A stretch of 64,000 nt of DNA from Heterodontus francisci. Taxonomy: Eukaryota. The DNA is taken from NCBI RefSeq assembly GCF_036365525.1, contig NW_027142063.1, positions 2,170,001-2,234,000 of the forward strand, read 5' to 3'. Under the pieces are notes generated by a model. It was not told where the DNA came from. It saw only the letters and a list, made by a program, of their open reading frames with translations, and did not search any database. Numbering within the stretch: the first letter of the stretch is position 1; each line of letters starts with the position of its first letter. A program made the position numbers and the translations under genes. Below, piece by piece: positions 54,200-64,000 of the stretch.

Positions 54200-55180
54200 A
54201 TTCCAGTGCAAAGAGCTGTCCATGACCGAGTGTTGCAGACTGGCACATTGCAACGTCCATGACTATGTGCTGGACGCATTAAAGCTTGGGGAAGCCAGCA
54301 TGGAGTCTCAACGGGGAAAGGCTGAAGTCTAAGACAACGTATGTCAGCCAAGAGCAATATCTCAACTCATTCCATCTTCGCTGCCTCCGGAGAATCCTTG
54401 GCATCATGTGGCAGGACTGTATCTCCATTGCAGAAGTCCTCAAGGAGGCCAACATCCCCAGCATATACACCCTACTGAGCCAACGGCGCTTGAGATGGAT
54501 TGGCCATGTGAGCTGCATGGAAGATTGCAGGATCCCCAAGGACACATTGTACAATGAGCTCGTCACTGGTATCAGACCCACCGGCCGTCCATGTCTCTGC
54601 TTTAAAGACGTCTGCAAACGCGACATGAAGTCCTGTGACATTGACCACAAGTCGTGGGAATCAGTTACCAGTGTTCGCCTGAGCTGACGGACAGCCATAA
54701 AGGCGGGGCGAAAGTTTGGTGAGTTGAAGAGACTTAGCTGTTGGCAGGAAAAAAGACAGAAGCGCAAGGAGCGAACCAACTGTGTAACAGCCCCGACAAC
54801 CAATTTTATCTGCAGCACCTGTGGAAGAGTCTGTCACTCTAGAATTGGCCTTTAAAGCCACTCCAGGTGCTGTTTCACAAACCACTGACCACCTCCAGCA
54901 CTTACCGATTGTCTCTCGAGACAAGGAGGCCAAAGAAGGCCATTGTGCAGTGAGGGACTGGAACCCGGGTAAAACCCCTTGGTCTGTCTGCACCAGAGAA
55001 TGTTTGATGCATAATGTAATTACTGAAAATATAACCTGTGCAGACAGATATAGTGAGATACCTCATGTACTGTAGTGAAATAAATTGATCTGTATTGCAT
55101 CTTATGTAATATCAAATTCGGCCTGCTTTGCAATGTACTTCCATAAATTTTATGAATAAAATACATTTTGTGCAAAAGAA
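54200..55180 (+). mobile_element. Older Tx1 3' end interrupted by an RTE fragment (54333-54938)
   Basis: Matches the Tx1 ORF2 end (ECCRLAH..V.DYVL.DALKLG) and AATAAA tail. The RTE piece has RLRWIGHV, CSTCGRVC and a GAAG tail. Confidence 0.8.
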
Positions 55181-57399
55181 AGCAGCTTTCCTGTCAACAC
55201 ACACCTTGTTTCAGGGCACAGCTCTAAGCACAACTTTCCTGTGATCTTGTCACAACCAACGTCACGCTATATCTTCCGACACCCGTACTTTACAGTCTGT
55301 CAATCTAAAATCAAAAGACCTTGTGCTTATTTCTCCATTCTTTTCATTTCTCCTCTATTCTTCTCAATCTCTCCCTATAACAGTCCTATTCAGATCAAGG
55401 TGGAATGTGAATAGTATCATAACTCACCTGGCACTATTGTTACCCTTCTCTTCTCTTGTCTCATTCAATGGGAAAGTTTTATTCACCAATCTGTTGCTGT
55501 TTTACACTCTTGCCATACCATCTGGTATTGCATCCATCTGAATTCTGTGCTTTCATGGCCTTATATTTCTTTTCCACTTCTGGGTGATTTGTTTTCTTCA
55601 GTTTCATTCAACCAGGCTGGACCACAAGGAAGTTTGGAACCTTTGCCTTGGACGGGTCCACGTTGATCCATTACATTCAGAATCATCTCCTTGAAATACT
55701 TCCATAGTAGAACTACAGTAACAACACAGCATCTGCTTCAAACACTCCTCCACATTTTATCTGTTCTGACTGTCAACATCTCCAGCTCTTTTGTTTCAGG
55801 TGAACCCATCAGGTTTGTCTAGGCTCCTTCTATTCTGAAAGCTGTAGCACTGGTTCAGGGAATGAAGCCCTGTTTGTCAACACTAAAGGCTCAGCCATGC
55901 TTGATTTTCCTCGTTCCCCTCTGTCTCTCTTAACTATCAAATGGCATGGGTAGTATTTCAGAAAGTACTAGAATGGAGGGAGTGCTGGGGACTCCAGGCC
56001 TATCCTGGAGGGATGGGGAAAACATCTTCAGAAATCTCCTGGAGTGAAATGTGATATGACAGGTCTCCAGGGACAGACCAAGGAGAGGATGTGTACATTG
56101 AATGGAAACATGGCAAAAAGAGTTGGGGATTCAGGAACACAATCCTCTCTGATGGGGTACAGCCTCCCCTCTGCTAGTTCTCTTTACAAGACACTTTCCC
56201 AGTTTAAATTTATGTAAAAGGTGGGTTAATTGCGCTCATGGTGGGTGGGAGGAGAGGAGCCTCATTGGCCATGGGTGGGACAGGGAAAATGGAAAGAGAG
56301 AACCAGGATTCCGATCACTCTCCTGTGATGTCTGCTGGAAAGCGTCTGTGGATCAGATGCTGCCGGGGGCCTGTGGAGAGGGGAAGGGGATGGGAAACTG
56401 TGTGGGGTCATGGAGCGAGGAGGTGGAGAGGGAGCGTTCGTGGTGCCACAGCCAACCCTCTGCCCAAACCAGACACCCACATCCCCGATCCCAGCATTGG
56501 AATGGCCAATTCATGGAGGCGGAGGGTGGCGATTCCCATTGGATTAATTTCTAATGTTCAGCGTCTTATCCTGATAAAATCACCAGTATTGAAGGAGGCC
56601 ATTCTGTACTTATTCTCAGGTCATCGGGGGGTCATCTCTCCCCTTTCAGCTCCTGGCTGCAGATATGTTTGCTATGAAATATGAGTAAAATGCGACGTAT
56701 GTTTGCAGCTCTTTCTGTTTCTGTCCCGTTGCAGTCACAGGAACATCGAAATGGGGCTAGGCCATTCAGCCCCTCAAGCCTGTTGCACCTTTCAAGTAGA
56801 TCCTGACTCAGCTGTATCTTAAGTCTAGCTCCCTGCTCTGATTCCACAAACCCTCATAACCTCTCTGGATTAAAAATCTCTCAATTTCAGGTTTGAAGTT
56901 GTCAACTGACCCTCAGGTTTATCTGCTATTAAGCGGGAGAGTTCCAGAATCACACTGTCCTTTGTGGGAAAGAGTGTTTCCTGGCAGAATTCCTGAAAGG
57001 CCCAACTCTAATTTACTGGTTCTCCCCTTTCTTGTGGAACTGCTTGTTTCCAGCTCTGACCAAAGTCCACATCGCAGAACAACAGCTGTTCCTCTGATCC
57101 TGTCCTTTCTGCTTTGGATTTGAAGCCCATGTCTCTTTCCATGATGATTATTTGTGCCTGATCTCTGTAATTGGGTTTGGCAGCAGGAAGCAGAAGTGAG
57201 AGTGATCTGGGCACTGAGAGGGAATGCTGCTTCTCATAGCTCTCTCATGGCGTGGTGTGGAGGGGGTGAGCCTTGGGGGAGTTGAAAACCTTCATGTGTC
57301 ACCAAGTTAGAATTTATGAATCAGTGTCTCAAATATCCAGATAAAGGAAGGACCATCATCTGGTGTCACAGCAGGAGCACATCAGACTTCAGATCAGAA

Positions 57400-59300
57400 A
57401 GCTGTTTGTTGTAATATATACTGGTGGCACACTCAGAGAAAATGGGCACCAAGCATGGCCAGTTCAAGCAAGTGTTTATTTATGTCTTTACGTCATCACC
57501 TCATCAACATAATATATAAATACATTACAGTACTTCCCACTTCAAAAGAAAAGTATTTTTCTTTTTGTTTCTCTTCAATGAACTGTATCGACAAATCAAG
57601 TTTAGTAACTGGTTTACAACGTCTTTCTGATCTTACGGGTTTCAGTGTTGAGTCAGGTTTTGGATTGCTTGGTTTTGGTTCAGTATTTAAAGAAGACATT
57701 GTTTCTTTCTCAGAAATCGAAATTTCAGTCACTGAACCTGAACTGGTTCAAATCCTGGCATGAGCTCGTGTTCAAGCAGATCGTGCTCATGTTTTGGTTC
57801 AGCCCTTGCTGAGATCATGTGATCTACATGGACATTTCTCACTTTTCCATCAATTTCAACCAAGTATCGTTTGGTTACACAAATTCAAAAAGCTCCCAGG
57901 GTGCGCAGCAGGTTAATCATGTGACAAGTTCCTTATATGGAACAAAAATAAAAACAAGAAATGCTGGAGATTTTTTTTCCAAAATATACTTTATTCATAA
58001 AAATCTGTAAAAAAATACATTACAAAACAGTTTCAATCAGCACCAAGTCAAAAATTACAAACAGTGCAAAGGAGGTCCGTTTGCTTCAATGCAATCATGA
58101 GTTGCCTCACAATCCTTCCATTTCACATTTGTCGTGCCAGATACATTTTTACATTTTACAGCAGACAAAATTTTCCCGATACAGTTCGAAGGGTTTCCCA
58201 TGGATCCAGCCTCTCAGTTCAGCTTAGTGGGGGGACCTTACACAGTGGTCTTTTCCCATTGAGCCTTTTCTGTGGCTGCCCCAAGCTTCAGTGCGTGCCT
58301 CAGCACGTAATCCTGGACCTTGGAATGAGCCAGTCTGCAACTTTCGGTCGCGGACAACTCTTTGCGCTGGAAGACCAGCAAGTTCCGGGCAGACCAAAGG
58401 GCGTCCTTCACCAAATTGATAGTCCTCCAGCAGCAGTTGATGTTTGTCTTGGTGTGCGTCCCTGGGAACAGCCCGGAGAGCACAGACTCCTGTGTTACAG
58501 AGCTGCTTGGCATGAATCTCGACAAAAACCAGTGCATCTCTTTTGGCAGCATCTGTGGAGAGAGAAGCAGAGTTAACATTTCAGGTCAATGACCCTGCTT
58601 CAGAACTGATTCCCCATCATAGTAAATAGTTCAGAATTAGATTCAGAACCTTATATGGAACAGTCTCTTTGCATCCCTTGTTGGAGGCTCAAATCTCTCT
58701 GCACCAGCCAGCTAGCCATGTGACTAAAAGCTTTGGACATTGGAAGACCACTGCTGGATCCCCCATTAGTTCAAAATTGTCTATTACCATGGAAATATAT
58801 TTCCAGTAAGAGATTGCAATTTTTAAACTTTTAATGTTCATATGACAAAATAATGTGTGCCGCATTCTTGGCAGGTGGGGGATTTGCCTGACAATATTAA
58901 ATTTTGTTCTATTCAATACATCTGTGATGAACGTTGACCTTTTCTGCCTTTTATAAACAGTATTTGAAGGGTCTCGGTAACAATGTTCAGTGTTAATGAG
59001 AGTGGGGTCTGGGTGAGCAGCTGCTGAGTATGACAGGGTCAGGACTGTAAGCAGGAAGTTCTCTGACAGTCTCTCTCTCTCTCTGATGGGTTGAGTTGAT
59101 TGACAACGGGCAGCTGTTGGCGTTTCGATAAATGAAGTTCCCTCCAACCATTTTCTTTTGACTGACAGTGTAGTATAAGGATGTAAAGGACTAATTACTA
59201 TGATGGGGGAATCAACCCCTTCCACTGTCAGAGTGATGATGTAACATGAGATGAGGTTTGGGAGAAGAGAGAGCAGCACCAAGGATGCCAGCTTAGGAGG
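57400..59300 (-). mobile_element. Degenerate Gypsy/Ty3 LTR retrotransposon remnant hosting nested insertions
   Basis: Minus strand reads RYLVEIDGKVRNVHVDHM and RSERRCKPVTKLDL, typical of an integrase C-terminus. Confidence 0.55.
57971..58541 (-). mobile_element. Tx1 3' fragment (~570 bp) nested in a Penelope-derived repeat
   Basis: KEMHWFLSRFMPSSS...QWEKTTV stop, 3' UTR, AATAAA and A tail as in the full copy. Confidence 0.9.
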
Positions 59301-59959
59301 CTTGATGAGTGTGTATATAGTAGTGTGTAAATTAGAAAAGAGTTCTTAGTTCTTTCAGCAGAACATATCGAGAAACTCACAATTTTATTATTCAGGAGTC
59401 AGAACACAGATATTAACTCTGAGTGGCAGTTCTAGTTTCATTTACTAAAAAGAAATAGAGAATAATATTGCTCACTGATTGAAATCCCCCAGTGAGGAGA
59501 CAGTTAAACAGGTGATCTGTTGGGGTCTCCTTCGATCCAAGGTTTCGACAGCATTTAATCTCCCTTTGTGGTGAAATTCTCTGTTATTTGCAACTTTTTT
59601 TATCCAGCTTTGATGGGCGAGTGAAAAAGCTGAAAAAAGTGAACAGTTCCATCCTTTCTTTTCTTCCTTCTTCCAGTTTCTCTTTTCTGTCCCAGATCAA
59701 TATAATGATGAGAATCCCAAATTAATCTGCTGTTTCTGGTGCTTTATCCATTCCAATCAAAATTCAACATTCCAATCAAATCTATTTGTTATTCCACAGT
59801 GTCTCTCCATGTGTTTTATTCTGTTGTATTCTCTCACAGTCTGTTTGATGATCAATGTTACATCTCGCTCTGTGTTCTGGTGAAGATCAGAAGCAGTGAT
59901 ATCTGTTTTCACTACACGCCAAGTCTTCCTGAGGCTGTGCCTCGCTGATCATGTGGAGT

Positions 59960-60960
59960 TAGGAACATAGCAACATAGGAGCAGGAGTCGGCCATTCAGC
60001 CCATTGAGCCTGCCCCGCCATTTAATATGATCATGGCTGATCATCCACTTCAATATACTTTTCCCCACACTTTCCTCATATCCCCTTATGTCATTTGTAT
60101 TTAGAAATCTGTCAGTCTCTGCTTGAAACATACTCAATGACAGAGCTTCCACAGCCCTCTGGCATAGAGAATTCCAAAGATTCACAATCTCTGAGTAAAG
60201 AAATTTCTCCTCACCTCTCGCCAGTGTGGCTTCCCCCTTATTTTGAAATGGTGTCACATGGATCTAGACTCCCCAACCAGGGGAAACATCTTGGCTGCAT
60301 CTACCCTGTCTATTCTTTAAGTATTTTGTTGGTTTCAATGAGATAACCTCTCATTCTATGAAACTCTAGAGAATACAGCCGCAGTCTCTCTTCCTAGGAT
60401 AGTTCCACGAAGCTTGGAACAAGTCTGATGAACCTTCGTTGAACTCCTTCTATGGCAATAATATTCTTCCTAAGGTAAGGGAAGCAAGTGCAGTCTAACC
60501 ACGGTTCTATAAAACTCAAGAAAGAATTCACTGCTCCTGTACTCAAATCCTCTTGCGATAAAGGCTAACAAACTATTAGCCTTCTTAATTGCATGTTAGA
60601 TTTCAGTGACTTATTGAAAAAGACATCCAGGTCACCCTTATATTCTATACCTCAGCTAATAAAAGGAAAGGATTCCATATACCTGCTGATCCACCTTATT
60701 GACCTGTCCTGCTACCTTCAGGGATCTGTGGACATTCACTCCAATGTCCCTCAATTTCTCTACACCGTTCAGTGTCCTCCCATTAATCATGTATTCCTTT
60801 TCTTTTTTTAACCTTTAAAGTGTCCAATTTGAATTCCATTTGCCACTTTTCTGCCCACCTGACCAGTCTATTGATATCTTCTTGCAGTATTCAGTTATTC
60901 TCCTCACTATCAACCAAGCGGCCAATTTTCATGTCATCTGCAAACGTCTTGATTATGTCC
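59960..60960 (-). mobile_element. CR1 LINE 3' fragments
   Basis: IVNLWNSL..RAVEA motif and CR1-type 3' UTR. Confidence 0.75.
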
Positions 60961-61085
60961 AAGGGTCACTGACCAGAAACATTAAATCTGTTTCTCTCTC
61001 CACAGATGCCACCAGACCTGCTGAGCATTTCCAGCATTTCTTGTTTTTATTTCAGATTTCCAGCATCCACAGTATTTTGTTTTTA
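60960..61085 (+). mobile_element. Penelope-derived short terminal repeat
   Basis: AAGGGTCACTGACCAGAAACATTAAATCTG...CTGCTGAGCATTTCCAGC. Confidence 0.65.
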
Positions 61086-61154
61086 TGTCATTTTTTTTCT
61101 CTCTTGGCTCTTCACCACTGCTCGCAAATGCCTCCAGTTCAGTCAAAAAAAAAA

Positions 61155-61472
61155 AGACTATGTGCTGTGGGACACATTAAAGCTTGGGGAAGCCACCATG
61201 GCGTCTCAATGGGAAAGGCTACAGTCTAAGGCCATAGTACAGTGAGGGGCTGGAACCTGTGCTAAACCCCTCAGGCTGTTTGCACCAGAGAATGTTGGAT
61301 GTGTAATGTAAATACTGTAAATATAACCTGTGCAGGCAGGGATAGTGAGATACCTCATGTACATTATTGAATGAAACTGATCTGTATTGTACATCATGTA
61401 ATATGAAATTTGAACTGCTTTGCAATATAATTGCACAAATTTTATGAATAAAATGCATTTTGTGCAAAAGAA
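61155..61472 (+). mobile_element. Older Tx1 3' end
   Basis: DYVLWDTLKLGEA..SQW, 3' UTR and AATAAA; paralogous to 54260-55180. Confidence 0.8.
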
Positions 61473-62561
61473 AGCAGCTTTCCTGTCAACACACACCTTG
61501 TCTCAGGGCACAACTTTCCTGTGATCTTGTCACACCCAACTTCGCTTTATATTCGTTCCTTTTACAGAGTGGAAGCTGATATTTGTCCCGTTTTAAATTG
61601 GTGAACCGGACCTTCCTCCCGCCGCTTACAGTTAACAGATTGACAAATGAAAATTATTCCTAAAATCGCACCAGGATTTTATGATGGTAAATACAGTAAA
61701 ACAGAACATAAAATGAGAGATCATAAAATTGTTGCCTGAAAATTGATATTTTTCATCACTTCAATTCCTTCCTGCTCTGGAATTGCCGGGCTTTTTCCAA
61801 TTGGAAAATTTCAGCCAATGAGAACTTCTATTTAATTTATGTGACACTCCGATTGGTTAAGAATTGGATTGAGAAGAGGATGACCAATCAGAGACAGAGT
61901 CAAACTGCGGAGATTCCAGGCCCCCAGGAACTGAGCTGAAACTGTACAGATTGACAAACCCTGGCAGTAGCTTCACACATTGGACACTTCACACTGAGTC
62001 ATTCAAGGGCTGGTGTGAAAGAAGCTTCAGATCCTGTCATTACTATCTGACATATTATTCATCTAGAACCAAACAATTAGTAAATGTGAAGCAGTGAAGA
62101 GACTTTTCACTCTCACTGCAGAATGTGTCATCTGGGGAAATAAGGAACTATTATATTCGAAGATTCCAGGTACATGCCTCCCTGAACAAATCCATTCCTA
62201 ACATTCCCGATCACAGCCTATCCCAGCTCCTGTTGTCACCCGACTCCATCTGAATTGGAGAAACTCATGTGTTGGGGTTTGTGTTGTGAGGCGGGGTTTC
62301 TCCGCCAGTGTTACTGTCTTACAAACTCTCCCCCTGAATTTGTGAACTGAGACTGCACCGAACACATCTCCGGTTAGAGTGAGGGCCGGACATCCCTCTG
62401 TTTTATTGCAGAGAGTGGGGAAAGGGCTGAGTGGAGGTGATATCAGCGAGTCACCAGAGATCCTGGATTTACTCCAAATCATTTCCATGTGGAATCTGCA
62501 GGCGGGGCCGGGACAGGGATCATTTGATCAGGGGATCAGCTCTTTCCTGAGAGATGTGGGT

Positions 62562-62577
62562 GGCTCTGAGAAGAGCC
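62562..62577 (-). terminator. Histone 3' stem-loop of H1
   Basis: Minus strand reads GGCTCTTCTCAGAGCC-ACCCA...GGAAAGAG. Confidence 0.9.
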
Positions 62578-62592
62578 TTTGTGTTCAGATGC

Positions 62593-63063
62593 TTACAAGT
62601 TTCCCGCGCTCTGTCACTTCTTTCCAGACTCTGCTTTCTGAGCCTTCGCTGCTTTCAGCTTGACCTTGCTCTTCCATGTCTGGACTTTCTTCAGCGCCTT
62701 TCCGCCCACCGCACTCTTGCCTTTTTTGACCTTCTTCGCAGGAGACTTTTTCTGAAGCGTTGCTTTCTTCACCGCCTTATTTGGCGTTGCAGCCGCCTTG
62801 CTGCTCATTTTCTTGGCTGTTACTTTCTTTATTGTCACTTTCTTGTCTGCTGGTTTCTTCACTAAATATTTCTTGTCTGCTGGTTTCTTCACTAAAGATT
62901 TCTAGTCTGCTGGTTTCTTCACCTTCTTTCCCACTTTTCCCTGGGTTTTCCTTCTTGCTGATTTTGAAGGAGCCAGAGGCTCCCTGTCCCTTGCTCTACA
63001 CCAGGGAGCCTTTGTTCACATTCCTCTTGATACTTTGCTTGATCTGGGTCTTGAGCTTCTCCT
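62593..63063 (-). pseudogene. H1: Histone H1 pseudogene (5'-truncated, stops and a frameshift)
   Basis: EKLKTQIKQSIKRNVNKGSLV*SKGQGASGSFKI (end of globular domain), then a Lys/Ala/Pro tail with 30-bp KKPADKK repeats and a stem-loop. Confidence 0.88.
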
Positions 63064-63403
63064 GAGCGGTGGCAGACCTGCAAGGAATCAACTACCAGCT
63101 AGCGTATAAAGCGAGACCAAGGCTCAGGGCCTTCAGTTACCTGGAGGGAAGTCGAAGAGGCAGCGGATCCTGTGAGGAACCACAATCCAGGAAGGATGAG
63201 AAGGTCATTGTCTGGGTACGGAGGAGATTAATTTAAAGATTTACCAGTTTATAAGCAAGTGCAGAACCAGGGAACGGTGCTGAGGCAGATCAAATAAGAG
63301 GAAGCTGTGATCAGTTGGAAGGCAAGAGTGAATAAATGACAGAAGAGATGATGGTGCAAGGCAAAAGTCAGGAAAAGAATAAGTAACATTATGTACACAC
63401 GGA

Positions 63404-63486
63404 TACCAGGAGTGGGGTTGGAACCCACGCAGACACATGTCTATTGGATTTTAAGTCCAATGCCTTAACCACTCGTTCATCCGGGC
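63404..63486 (-). tRNA. tRNA-Leu(TAA), degenerate and probably a pseudogene
   Basis: GCCCGGATGAACGAGTGGTTAAGGCATTGGACTTAAAATCCAAT...GGGTTCCAACCCCACTCCTGGTA, 83 nt with a long variable arm. D-stem and B box (TTCC for TTCG) are mutated. Confidence 0.85.
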
Positions 63487-63824
63487 ACATTAACCCACCA
63501 CTGAAAATGAAATTTAATGTGATCCGGGTGCCATTTGGCCTTTTACAAAATCAAGTTATGACTCCTCTCCCATGCGAAATTGGACCCTTCATTACTTATG
63601 AACCTCAATCGGATCACCCCTCAGTCTAGGTTTCTCTAAAGTGTCGGGTCCCAACTCTTTTAGTCTAACTTGATAACCAAGATGTCTTATACTGGGAATT
63701 CATCGAATGTCTCTCCTCTGTCCCCTTTCCAAAGCCTCAATATCACCCATCATGTGAGGAGACCAAGACTAGATACAATATTCCAAGTGAGTCCTGACCA
63801 ATGTTTCATAAAAGGACAAATTCG

Positions 63825-64000
63825 GGACATCTCAGATACTGAAGGAGTCCGTGTCCAGAAGCAGCAAGACCTGGACAACATTCAGGCCTGGGCTGCTAAG
63901 TGGCAAGTAACATTCACACCACACAAGTACCAGGCAATGACCATCTCCAACAAGAGAGAATGTAACCATTTCCCTTAGACGTTCAACAGCATTACCATCG
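63825..64000 (+). mobile_element. CR1/L2-group LINE RT fragment running off the window end
   Basis: QQDLDNIQAWAAKWQVTF, same family as 11965-13135. Confidence 0.75.

Noticed and set aside
55420-55890. Possible minus-strand exon ending in a GTGAGT donor
   Set aside because: No sustained open frame or recognisable homology by eye; cannot be supported without a search.
58689-59282. 197-aa minus-strand ORF as a host gene
   Set aside because: No coherent domain; it lies within a degenerate LTR-retrotransposon remnant.

Overview
Eukaryotic, repeat-dense window, most likely from a cartilaginous fish (inferred from HE1-like tRNA SINEs and shark-type CR1, RTE and Penelope repeats). It is a decaying replication-dependent histone locus: three H2B, one H2A, two H4 and one truncated H1, each with a histone 3' stem-loop, plus degenerate tRNA-Leu(TAA) and tRNA-Gly(TCC) genes. 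No H3 was seen. The main finding is a Tx1-clade (L1 superfamily) retrotransposon family inserted twice, in sense orientation, into histone coding sequences. One full-length 5.3-kb copy sits in H2B (11-bp TSD) and begins with 43 nt of U2 snRNA (nt 11-53). One 5'-truncated copy sits exactly on an H4 start codon (14-bp TSD that duplicates the ATG). The window also contains a large inverted duplication centred near 23,075 between two tail-to-tail H2B genes, a direct duplication of the H4 unit, a TIR-bounded SWIM-domain (MULE-like) element, RTE copies with twin-priming-type inversions, and Penelope-derived hammerhead-like short elements with 14-15 bp TSDs. All alignments were made by eye; TE boundaries are approximate.
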